Shown one piece after another: positions 7,390 through 14,785 of a stretch of DNA of 32,000 nucleotides. This DNA is from Geotalea uraniireducens Rf4. Its GTDB lineage: Bacteria > Desulfobacterota > Desulfuromonadia > Geobacterales > Geobacteraceae. Numbering within the stretch: position 1 is the stretch's first letter; each line of letters starts with the position of its first letter. The translations under genes were made by a program, and so were the position numbers. The notes under the pieces are model-generated. The model made no database searches. It was not told where the DNA came from and saw nothing but the letters and a program-made list of their open reading frames with translations. The stretch is taken from contig NC_009483.1 of assembly GCF_000016745.1 (NCBI RefSeq), positions 4,740,001-4,772,000 on the forward strand, in the 5' to 3' direction.

Positions 7390-9915
7390 ATGAACCACCT
7401 TGAAGAGACTATCGAACCTTTCCTCACCAATTCCTTCGGCGACCGCTATCTTTACTCTGTCAACCGGAACGCCTTCAACGATCTTGGTTCGGAGACCCTT
7501 TACGAAAACACCTATGGGGAAAAGCTTTTCGCGGAATATAAGCTCAACATCGTCCTGGGAACAGATTCAGGGTTACTGATAAAGCACGTCCTTGAGAAAG
7601 GGATCCCGGCAGGTTCCCGCTACATTTTCGTCGAACTGGATGGCGTCGTGGCCGCATTGCGGGCGGAAGGGTGCCTTGACGACCTCCCCTCCACAATAGC
7701 AATCGTGTCGCCGGAAGAGTGGCTAAGCCGCGCTACGGAATTCAACCTTGAAAATTACCTCTACCTCAATGCGCTCCTCTTTCACGAATCGGTCGGCGCC
7801 GCCGACGCCCACCGCACGGAGTATCTGGAATGGGCCTGGAACATAAACCTCAAGCTGCAGGAACTGTTTTACCATGTATGGGTTTCGCTGGGTGATTCCG
7901 TTTTCACCTTCAGGCAGTTCGAGAATCTCGCCGAAAACCGGCTCCATTTCTCCGAATATTTCCTGGACGCCTTTGAGGGGAAAACCGCCATCATCCTTGC
8001 CGGCGGCCCGTCCCTCAAGGAGGCGCTGCCTTGGGTCAAGGCTAACCGCGACCGGCTCGTCATCATTGCGGTCTCGCGTGTCTGCCGTCAACTTATCGAG
8101 GCGGGAGTAGCCCCTCACATCATCATCTCAGTTGACCCCCATAAGGTCAGCTTCGACGTAAGTAAAGAGATGTTCCATTTCGCAGACGAGGCCGTGTTTC
8201 TGAACTTCTTCCACGTCACGCCGCTTCTGCTCGGACAGTGGCAAGGCAGGCATCTGTTCGCTGGCCCCTTCCTTCCGTGGGAGTCCGCGTTAAACAAGGA
8301 CAACCTTGCCTACACCGGCCCGACAGTAGGAAACACCTCGATTTCCATGGCGATCCACATGGGGTTTTCGACCATCATCCTGGCTGGGGTTGATCTTTGC
8401 CATTCGCGGGAAGGACATACCCACGCCGAGGGAAGCAATGAAAGCAAGATCGGCCCCAAGCTTGGGCACGTAAGCGAAAAAGTCGAGACCTACGGCGGCT
8501 GGCAGGCGGAAACCATCCAAGCCTTCCAGATTGCCATCCCGATGATGTCCCATGCGGCGGCAACCGCATCCGAAAAAGGGTGCAAGCTCTATAACTGTGC
8601 CCTCGGGGCGGCCAAGGTATCAGGGGTAGAATATCGTGCCATTGAAGAGTTTCAGCTCCCCCCCTTGGAGCAACCCATCGGCGACACCATACAGGCGCTC
8701 ATTCCGAAAGAAACTTCCAAGGCCAGGCTTTGGCACTACCGACGGATAAAAAAGGAGATCGAGACCGCCCGGCGCAAGTTTCAGGAGATCCTTAGCCTGG
8801 TGGAGGAAGCTATCGACTGCTGCGACGGTCTCTTCGGCCGCAATGGGAAGAAGGCTGATTTCCGCCACAAAATCAGGATGGACAAGATAGAGCGGAAGCT
8901 CGACAACAGCTACCGTAAGTATTCGTACATGGTCAAGGTATTTGGCATCAAGGGGCTCGTGGAGATTGCCAAGGCCCCTGAGCTCGCAGACGACTGGACC
9001 GACGAACAGATAGAGAGCACGACGCGCAATTATTACGAGACTTACGAGGTAAGCACAAAATACCTGATAGGCATCATGGACAGCATGTTGCAAAGGATCG
9101 ATTCCCGGATTGAAGAGGAAGTGCCTCATCCTGACTTTGCGCGTCTTTTCCAGCAATGGGAGAAAGACGGCCAGCCTGGCAGGGTGCTGGGCTGGAAGCG
9201 CCACCACCCCGACTGGCTGAATCTCATGACCGAAAGCGAACGGGACCAAGCAGATCAATTGGAAGTGAGCTTCGAGAAGATTCTGGCTGAAGAACAAACC
9301 TCCCAGTTGGCATCCATCCAGAAAACCCACGACATCTCATCGGTTCTTAGAAAAGCACGGCTGCTCTTCAGGCGCGGCGAAGAAGCTGAATTGGAGATTC
9401 TGGCAAAGGGGTTGGCAACTCACCAGGAGGGGGAAAAGGCGTCCGGCTACCTTGATCTTGTACAGGGGTTCATTGCGGAACTTCAGGGAAAGCTCGACGT
9501 GGCCCTGGAACATTACCATCATTTGGTTGTCGACCTGCCCCATGCAGCCACGGAGGACGCCCTAAAGCAGATCGCTACCCTTTCCATCTCCGCAAAGGAT
9601 ATCGACAATGCCGTTCTCGCTGTGGAATGTCTGGTAGGCCTGTCCCCTGCGTACCTTCCAGCCTACGCAGACCTGCTCAAAGCTATCGGCAGGTACGAAG
9701 AGTCCTTCGATGCTTACAACCGCTACTTGGCGCTGGCCCCTGATGATGTCAGCGTAATGATGAAACTAGGGATCTTCTGCAAGGAGGCGGGGCTTGGCGA
9801 GACCGCCGTGGAACTTTTCCAGAGGGTCCTGGTCAATAATCCTGACATCAGCGCGGCCAAAACCTTTCTTGCCGAATTAAACCTCGCCGGGCACTGCACC
9901 AGCATGATGAACTGA
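7390..9915 (+). CDS. maf: Motility accessory factor (Maf)/DUF115 protein with C-terminal helical + TPR region; putative flagellin nonulosonic-acid glycosyltransferase
   Basis: The core KTAIILAGGPSLKEALPWVKANRDRLVIIAVSRVCRQLIEAGVAPHIIISVDPH ... GPTVGNTSISMAIHMGFSTIILAGVDL matches the DUF115/Maf pattern. The C-terminal ~150 aa show TPR-like repeats (AYADLLKAIGRYEESFDAYNRYLALAPDD, MMKLGIFCKEAGLGETAVELFQRVLVNNPD). Confidence 0.8.
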   Translation: MNHLEETIEPFLTNSFGDRYLYSVNRNAFNDLGSETLYENTYGEKLFAEYKLNIVLGTDSGLLIKHVLEKGIPAGSRYIFVELDGVVAALRAEGCLDDLPSTIAIVSPEEWLSRATEFNLENYLYLNALLFHESVGAADAHRTEYLEWAWNINLKLQELFYHVWVSLGDSVFTFRQFENLAENRLHFSEYFLDAFEGKTAIILAGGPSLKEALPWVKANRDRLVIIAVSRVCRQLIEAGVAPHIIISVDPHKVSFDVSKEMFHFADEAVFLNFFHVTPLLLGQWQGRHLFAGPFLPWESALNKDNLAYTGPTVGNTSISMAIHMGFSTIILAGVDLCHSREGHTHAEGSNESKIGPKLGHVSEKVETYGGWQAETIQAFQIAIPMMSHAAATASEKGCKLYNCALGAAKVSGVEYRAIEEFQLPPLEQPIGDTIQALIPKETSKARLWHYRRIKKEIETARRKFQEILSLVEEAIDCCDGLFGRNGKKADFRHKIRMDKIERKLDNSYRKYSYMVKVFGIKGLVEIAKAPELADDWTDEQIESTTRNYYETYEVSTKYLIGIMDSMLQRIDSRIEEEVPHPDFARLFQQWEKDGQPGRVLGWKRHHPDWLNLMTESERDQADQLEVSFEKILAEEQTSQLASIQKTHDISSVLRKARLLFRRGEEAELEILAKGLATHQEGEKASGYLDLVQGFIAELQGKLDVALEHYHHLVVDLPHAATEDALKQIATLSISAKDIDNAVLAVECLVGLSPAYLPAYADLLKAIGRYEESFDAYNRYLALAPDDVSVMMKLGIFCKEAGLGETAVELFQRVLVNNPDISAAKTFLAELNLAGHCTSMMN

Positions 9916-9987
9916 TTATACCGCCCGGACCGGCTCCGGTTGGAGCTCTCCGGCTGAGTGAGCAAGGCCGCAAGAGCATTAGTCATT

Positions 9988-10021
9988 GGTCCTCTGTCGT
10001 CACATGTAGCGACAGAGGACC
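9988..10021. other. Perfect 12-bp inverted repeat (GGTCCTCTGTCG-N10-CGACAGAGGACC) in the convergent junction
   Basis: Read directly from the sequence. No flanking U-run on either strand, so it is not a canonical intrinsic terminator. Confidence 0.6.
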
Positions 10022-10336
10022 GAAGTACCTCGTCGTCACACACCTAGTCTTCCCCCCGATTTCCCTACAAACACAAATAGGCATGTCACACAAGAGGCAT
10101 CAAGGCATCTTTATCGGCGCGACCGCAACTGGCGCTGCACCTGAAGGGGCGAGCGCTGCTGGTCTTACTGAGATAGGGGATGGTTCCAGCAAAGGATCAT
10201 GTTGCGAGACGGCAGCAAGCCCAAGACATCCTGGCTGGAATCGATGTCAGGCATGCCGCCGTGTGGACAGGTAAGGTAAAAAATCTACTGATGGGGTCAA
10301 ACGAGGGTAATTGAGAATCTCTTGGAGCTGAAGGGC

Positions 10337-10762
10337 CTACGCGATGTCGTTCCAGTTCTGTCGTGATCCCCGTCCGCTACTCTCATAGCTGACAATAGCC
10401 GTTTTCCCACGCGCACCGGCTGCTATTTCACTCTGAAGATGGGCTAGCCGTTCCCCGGCCAAAGCGATGGACAGCGAGTCAAGTTCCAGAATCCTATTTG
10501 TTGCGGTCTCCTTGAAAGTCCTGAATTCGTCCAGCCGGGAATCCCTGATAGTCTCCATCCCCGCGTCTTTCAAATATTTGACAAGGCAGGTGTCAATGTC
10601 GAAGAGTTCTTCAATGTTTCCTTGGCGTCGGGCTATTGCGCCCTCAAAGGCTTCTGGTCCCCAGATGTCCACATTTCGCAGGAGGTCCTCAGCCTCGGCC
10701 AGCAGGAGCTGATACTGCTCTTTCCACCTGCTGATCAAAGTCTCAATAGCTTCGCGCCCCAT
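10337..10762 (-). CDS. Hypothetical helical protein downstream of fliS (possible FliT/FlgN-like flagellar chaperone; unproven)
   Basis: Track ORF 10337..10840. I prefer ATG 10762 (MGREAIETLISRWKEQYQLLLAEAEDLL...), which lies 4 nt after the fliS stop. The longer form would overlap fliS by 74 nt. No family signature recognised. Confidence 0.45.
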   Translation of the reverse strand: MGREAIETLISRWKEQYQLLLAEAEDLLRNVDIWGPEAFEGAIARRQGNIEELFDIDTCLVKYLKDAGMETIRDSRLDEFRTFKETATNRILELDSLSIALAGERLAHLQSEIAAGARGKTAIVSYESSGRGSRQNWNDIA

Positions 10763-10766
10763 GGAA

Positions 10767-11186
10767 TTACCCTGCTGCCAGCAAATAGGTATCTGCTTGC
10801 CCTGCGGCTCTTTCTTTCCTCGCTTGCAGGATGGCATCATTCCAGCCGTCCTTCAGGATGGTAAGCACATTTATGGCGTTCTCCAGAGAGGCAGCCGAAT
10901 TGTTCAGATTGGCCTCGGTGAACTCGCTGATCAAATACATGTATAACCGCTCAAGGTTGATGGCGATCTCGCCTCCCACGTCGTGGTTCAGCGTGTTCAT
11001 AAGTTCGGTGACGATCGCCAGTGCCTTGCCGATGTATTTCCCTTTTCCAGCGATGTCATTATTTCTCATCCGATCGGCGGCTATCCTGGTAAAATTGATG
11101 GCCCCTTCGTACAACATGATGAGAATTTTTTCGGGACTCGCCGAACCTACTTGCATGGTCTGATACTGGGTGTAGGGGTTAGCCAT
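10767..11186 (-). CDS. fliS: Flagellar export chaperone FliS
   Basis: MANPYTQYQTMQVGSASPEKILIMLYEGAINFTRIAADRM... is a typical FliS four-helix chaperone. AGGAGGG lies upstream of the ATG. Confidence 0.9.
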   Translation of the reverse strand: MANPYTQYQTMQVGSASPEKILIMLYEGAINFTRIAADRMRNNDIAGKGKYIGKALAIVTELMNTLNHDVGGEIAINLERLYMYLISEFTEANLNNSAASLENAINVLTILKDGWNDAILQARKERAAGQADTYLLAAG

Positions 11187-11220
11187 CGTTCCCTCCTGTT
11201 GTTAACCTGAGCAGTCGAAG

Positions 11221-11260
11221 AGGGCTGCTTGCACGCCAAACCGGCAGTGCAAGCAGCGCC
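11221..11260 (-). other. Intercistronic stem-loop between fliD and fliS (11-bp perfect arms GCTGCTTGCAC / GTGCAAGCAGC, 12-nt loop)
   Basis: Read directly. It sits 13-50 nt after the fliD stop and before the fliS RBS. Only a weak U-tract follows. Confidence 0.5.
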
Positions 11261-11272
11261 CCTTCTACTGGT

Positions 11273-12694
11273 TTAATTGTTGTTTAATGACGCGTTGAGG
11301 CTGTTGATGAGCATGGTCCCCTGGCTTTGCAAGTTACTGACCATCAACTCCATGGCACTGAACTGACGCTGCAGATTGCTCTGCATCTGTAAAACCCGGT
11401 CCTCCATACGGCTGATCTGCTTGTCGATGTCGGCGTTGGTTTTGGCCAACCCCTTCTTTCTCACCTCAAGGCTCCCGTTGCCCGTTACGCCGTCGGCAAT
11501 GTACGGGTGCACCATGGTGTCCAGCACCAGGTTAAACTGCTGTGCAATGCCATACTGGTTGGCCGGCAAAGTGGCCATTGAGGATCCGTTATGGGTGAAA
11601 TAATCCACGACATCGGTGTAATTGTCATCCAATGCCTTGGAAAGCTTCGTTGCATCAACCGACAGGAGTCCCGTCTTCGAATCGGAGTTGATCCCGAGAG
11701 CCGCAAGGCTCGTTATGGAGCCGGTTGCCCCGGATACCGTGGCAGTCAACAACGACCGGAGCTGCCCCTGGATGGTCCGCAGCGTGGAGTCGCCGGAGAG
11801 CACCCCGGCGCTCTTAGTGTCCGTGTTATAAGCCGATTCCGCATTCACCAGCGTTATCGCCCTGTTATAACCCGCGACAAAATCGTTGATCTTTTTGGTG
11901 ACAGCTTCGGTGTCGTTTGCCACCGTCACGGTAGTAGTCGCCCCTTCTTTCAGCAGCTTCAGAGTGACACCCTGTATGGCGTCGGTCACCGTGTTGGAAG
12001 TCTTGGTCATAGTGACGCCGTCCACAACAAGCTGCGTGTCGGTGCCGGCCTGATAGGTGGGGTCTCCCACGCCGAGGAGCGTGGGGGTCAGCGCACCGGT
12101 TCCCCCGACGGGAGGAGTCGCCAAGCCGCTGAAGTCAAGTGTATAGTTCTTGGTATCCTTGCCGGTAACGACCAGCCGGTAATTCGTGCCGTCGTTTATG
12201 ATCGAAGCAGAGACGTTGGCACCTGATGAATTGATGGCCGAAGCAATTCCTTGCAGTGAGTTTTGTCCCTCAGTGATGTTGACTGTGGTGGTTGTGGTGC
12301 CGTCGGAAACTGTGAAATTCCCGGTGCTGAAGGTAAGCGAGGTGTCACTTGCCACTCCCGTGGAGACCTGCCGCTGGCTCTTGGCGAGGGAAACCACCTG
12401 AACGGTGTGGGTGCCGGGGGTGGCAGAACTGGTCGCGGTGGCCGTGGTAACGGAGCTGTCGGCCACGGTCGACTGCAACACACTGAAGTTCGTTACCGTG
12501 TTGAGCCCCTTGACAATGGACTGCAGGCTCGTGAGGGCATCTCCGATGCTCTGGTAGCGACTGATCTTGCTGCTGTTCTTCTGTTGCTGAGCCTGCAGGA
12601 GCTGCTGTGGAATGCGCTCCAGGCTCATCAGCTGGGTGATAATCTTCGCGGTGTCAAGCCCTGTCGCCAGGCCACCAAATGATATAGATGACAT
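11273..12694 (-). CDS. fliD: Flagellar filament cap protein FliD (HAP2)
   Basis: N-terminus SISFGGLATGLDTAKIITQLMSLERIPQQLL and C-terminus DRVLQMQSNLQRQFSAMELMVSNLQSQG are classic FliD. Confidence 0.9.
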   Translation of the reverse strand: MSSISFGGLATGLDTAKIITQLMSLERIPQQLLQAQQQKNSSKISRYQSIGDALTSLQSIVKGLNTVTNFSVLQSTVADSSVTTATATSSATPGTHTVQVVSLAKSQRQVSTGVASDTSLTFSTGNFTVSDGTTTTTVNITEGQNSLQGIASAINSSGANVSASIINDGTNYRLVVTGKDTKNYTLDFSGLATPPVGGTGALTPTLLGVGDPTYQAGTDTQLVVDGVTMTKTSNTVTDAIQGVTLKLLKEGATTTVTVANDTEAVTKKINDFVAGYNRAITLVNAESAYNTDTKSAGVLSGDSTLRTIQGQLRSLLTATVSGATGSITSLAALGINSDSKTGLLSVDATKLSKALDDNYTDVVDYFTHNGSSMATLPANQYGIAQQFNLVLDTMVHPYIADGVTGNGSLEVRKKGLAKTNADIDKQISRMEDRVLQMQSNLQRQFSAMELMVSNLQSQGTMLINSLNASLNNN

Positions 12695-12719
12695 AATGCG
12701 TTACCCCCTATCCATCTTT

Positions 12720-12735
12720 AGCAATTAGGGTGCCA
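12720..12735 (-). promoter_or_regulatory. Sigma54 (-24/-12) promoter candidate for fliD-fliS
   Basis: The minus strand reads TGGCAC-CCTAA-TTGCT, which matches TGGCAC-N5-TTGCW completely. It lies 26-41 nt upstream of the fliD ATG. Confidence 0.55.
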
Positions 12736-12810
12736 GTTTAGATTGCAATGAGATCATCATGCGAGTTAAGCACTCAGAGCGCCAAGAAGGAAGTCATGCT
12801 ACTACCTAAT

Positions 12811-12837
12811 ATATCGACAACATCATGGATAACTTGA
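12811..12837 (-). promoter_or_regulatory. Sigma28 (FliA)-like promoter candidate upstream of fliD
   Basis: The minus strand reads TCAAGTTA-N11-GTCGATAT against the consensus TAAAGTTT-N11-GCCGATAA. That is 6/8 and 6/8 matches with correct spacing. Confidence 0.4.
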
Positions 12838-12845
12838 GCCGTTTC

Positions 12846-12878
12846 GCAAAAAAGGGGAGAGGCTTTAAGCCTCTCCCC
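12846..12878 (-). terminator. Rho-independent terminator after fliC
   Basis: The minus strand reads GGGGAGAGGC-TTAAA-GCCTCTCCCC followed by TTTTTT. It begins 27 nt after the fliC stop. Confidence 0.85.
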
Positions 12879-12904
12879 GCATTACTTAACCGCGAAGCTG
12901 CCGG

Positions 12905-13735
12905 TTATCTCAACAGCGAGAGTGCGGCCTGCGGTGCCTGGTTGGCTTGGGCCAGGATGGCGGTGCCTGCCTGGACCAGGATGTTCGCCCTAGTCATGTT
13001 TGCGGTCTCAGCGGCGACGTCTGCATCTGCGATACGGGACTGTGCGGCCGAGGTGTTCTCCGATGCAACCTGGAGGTTGTTGATGGTCGACTGGAGACGG
13101 TTCTGGATGGCGCCGAGGCTTGCGCGCTGTTTCGATACCGAGTTGATCGCCTTGTCGATGACGGCAAGCTCGGCCTGTGCTTTAACACCACCGCTGGCGC
13201 CCCCGATGGAGGTAAGAGCCAGACCGCCTGCGCCCGCGCTCATGATCGCAAGCTTGATCCCAATCCTGTCATAAGCCTTGCTGCCGGTACCGACCTGGAT
13301 GGCGACAGATTTGGCGGACTGCAGAAGCTTGGTGCCGTTGAAGTCCGTCGCGTTGGCGATACGGGTGATCTCCGACTTCAGCTGGAGGTACTCACCGTTG
13401 ACGTACGAACGCTGGGTAGCGGTGAGGGTGTTGGTAGCCGCCTGAGTGGTGAGCTCACGCATACGGCCAAGGACGTTGCTGACCTCGTTGAGGGCGCCCT
13501 CAGCGACCTGCACCAGCGACACGCCGTCGTTGGCGTTGCGGACTGCCTGGTTCATCGAGCGGATCTGAGCTTTCATCCCCTCGGAGATGGCCAGGCCGGC
13601 TGCGTCGTCAGCGGCGCTGTTGATACGAAGGCCTGAAGACAGTCTCTGCAGGGACTTGTTGAGGGAGACCTGGGTGATGCTCAGGTTACGCTGTGCGTTA
13701 AGGGATGCGATGTTGGTGTTTACTGTAAGTGCCAT
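12905..13735 (-). CDS. fliC: Flagellin (short, 276 aa; D0/D1 only)
   Basis: MALTVNTNIASLNAQRNLSITQVSLNKSLQRLSSGLRINSAADDAAGLAISEGM ... ILAQANQAPQAALSLLR, i.e. canonical flagellin N- and C-termini. Confidence 0.95.
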   Translation of the reverse strand: MALTVNTNIASLNAQRNLSITQVSLNKSLQRLSSGLRINSAADDAAGLAISEGMKAQIRSMNQAVRNANDGVSLVQVAEGALNEVSNVLGRMRELTTQAATNTLTATQRSYVNGEYLQLKSEITRIANATDFNGTKLLQSAKSVAIQVGTGSKAYDRIGIKLAIMSAGAGGLALTSIGGASGGVKAQAELAVIDKAINSVSKQRASLGAIQNRLQSTINNLQVASENTSAAQSRIADADVAAETANMTRANILVQAGTAILAQANQAPQAALSLLR

Positions 13736-13890
13736 GGTTTTATTCCTCCGTGAGTTTGTTTTCGGGTTTCCTTACCCTGTGATTGACTGTTCAGCCAGGA
13801 TCGTGACATGTTGCCGCTTGGCCCTGCCGCGGCTTGACGGCCTCCTTCCTTCCATTATTCCGGACTCCCTTCCGGTTAATCCTGACCGTT
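13736..13890 (-). promoter_or_regulatory. fliC 5' leader (~155 nt) with clustered GGA motifs; candidate CsrA-binding sites including one over the SD
   Basis: The minus strand contains 10 GGA. Seven lie at the 5' end (CAGGAU, CCGGAAGGGAGUCCGGAAU, AUGGAAGGAAGGAGG). ACGGAGGAAUAAAACC-AUG covers the SD. CCGG-AAGGGAGU-CCGG could present a GGA in a loop. Confidence 0.55.
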
Positions 13891-13897
13891 AGTTCAT

Positions 13898-13924
13898 TTA
13901 TCGGAGGCGCCGGCAGAAACTTTA
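13898..13924 (-). promoter_or_regulatory. Sigma28 (FliA) promoter of fliC
   Basis: The minus strand reads TAAAGTTT-CTGCCGGCGCC-TCCGATAA against the consensus TAAAGTTT-N11-GCCGATAA. That is 8/8 and 7/8 matches with exact spacing. Confidence 0.85.
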
Positions 13925-13955
13925 GAAAAAAATGTCAAAAAATATTTATCTGACG

Positions 13956-13986
13956 TAAAAAGCCTCCCGGTAAGTGCTGGGAGGCT
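13956..13986 (-). terminator. Rho-independent terminator after fliW
   Basis: The minus strand reads AGCCTCCC-AGCACTTACC-GGGAGGCT followed by TTTTT. It lies 31 nt after the fliW stop. Confidence 0.8.
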
Positions 13987-14016
13987 TCACAGATGCTTCT
14001 TCACACAGAGATCATG

Positions 14017-14517
14017 TCATCCGGCCGGCGGGACGCTTTTCTCCGGCTGCCTTTCCAGGCGCTGCAGGCCGGACTGTTTTTTCTCAGAGGTTTCGAAAAA
14101 CGGGTGACGGGTCGTGTACTTTTCCCCTTCGATAACGATCTGCCTGGCAATGAGCCGCTCCGGGTTGAGGACGATCGGACCCCGGAGGTTCACCGTGATG
14201 TCTCCGGGCTCAGGGGCCATGGTGACGACCAGGAGAAAGATCGCCTCCGATCGCTCGCTGAGTTCCAGCGCCCTGCACTCTTCCGCAGTGAGGGCAAACG
14301 TGTAGCCGGGAGCGCAGTTCTTGGCGTCGGCAACGACAAATGCCAGGTCAGGGTTGTCCACGGCCTGTAGCCAGCAAAACGGCCCGAGGTTCTCCGGCGT
14401 GAGGAGAATGAAACGTTTTTCGACAAAGCCGAGCATACCCTCGGGCATGTGAATGACCTTGCCTTCTTCAATATCCAGTTCACCGAAACGTGTGGTGGTC
14501 ACTTTCACGACGCTCAC
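14017..14517 (-). CDS. fliW: Flagellar assembly factor FliW (CsrA antagonist)
   Basis: TTRFGELDIEEGKVIHMPEGMLGFVEKRFILLTPENLGPFCWLQAVDNPDLAFVVADA is the typical FliW fold signature. The GTG start overlaps the csrA stop (GTGA). Confidence 0.9.
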   Translation of the reverse strand: MSVVKVTTTRFGELDIEEGKVIHMPEGMLGFVEKRFILLTPENLGPFCWLQAVDNPDLAFVVADAKNCAPGYTFALTAEECRALELSERSEAIFLLVVTMAPEPGDITVNLRGPIVLNPERLIARQIVIEGEKYTTRHPFFETSEKKQSGLQRLERQPEKSVPPAG

Positions 14518-14753
14518 TCCTTATCGCCACTGCCGAGCAAACTCACGGCATTTTCAAGGTCGGTCAGATTCCAGTCGGCGGCATGCCTGTTTTCCTCCTG
14601 CACCTGCAGATAGATCTCTTCCCGGTAGATGCGCATGTCCTGGGGTGCCTCTATGCCGAGGCGCACCTGGTTGCCCTTCACCTCCACCACCATGATCCGT
14701 ATCTGATCGCCGATGGTAACGGCTTCCCCGATTTTTCTGGTCAGAACCAGCAT
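14514..14753 (-). CDS. csrA: Carbon storage regulator CsrA (flagellar, FliW-partnered type)
   Basis: MLVLTRKIGEAVTIGDQIRIMVVEVKGNQVRLGIEAPQDMRIYREEIY is canonical CsrA, with an extended C-terminal tail. AAGGAGGG RBS. Confidence 0.95.
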   Translation of the reverse strand: MLVLTRKIGEAVTIGDQIRIMVVEVKGNQVRLGIEAPQDMRIYREEIYLQVQEENRHAADWNLTDLENAVSLLGSGDKE

Positions 14754-14785
14754 AGTCGCGCCCTCCTTGGCGCCCGATAAAAACT

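Noticed and set aside
10112-10119. Perfect sigma28 -10 box (GCCGATAA on the minus strand) in the convergent junction
   Set aside because: There is no TAAA-type -35 element at the required spacing (CAGC is found instead), and it would fire antisense into the 3' end of maf. It is most likely a chance match.
10083-10274. 63-aa ORF in the junction
   Set aside because: No RBS, an Ala/Gly/Cys-rich composition and no recognisable motif. Treated as non-coding.
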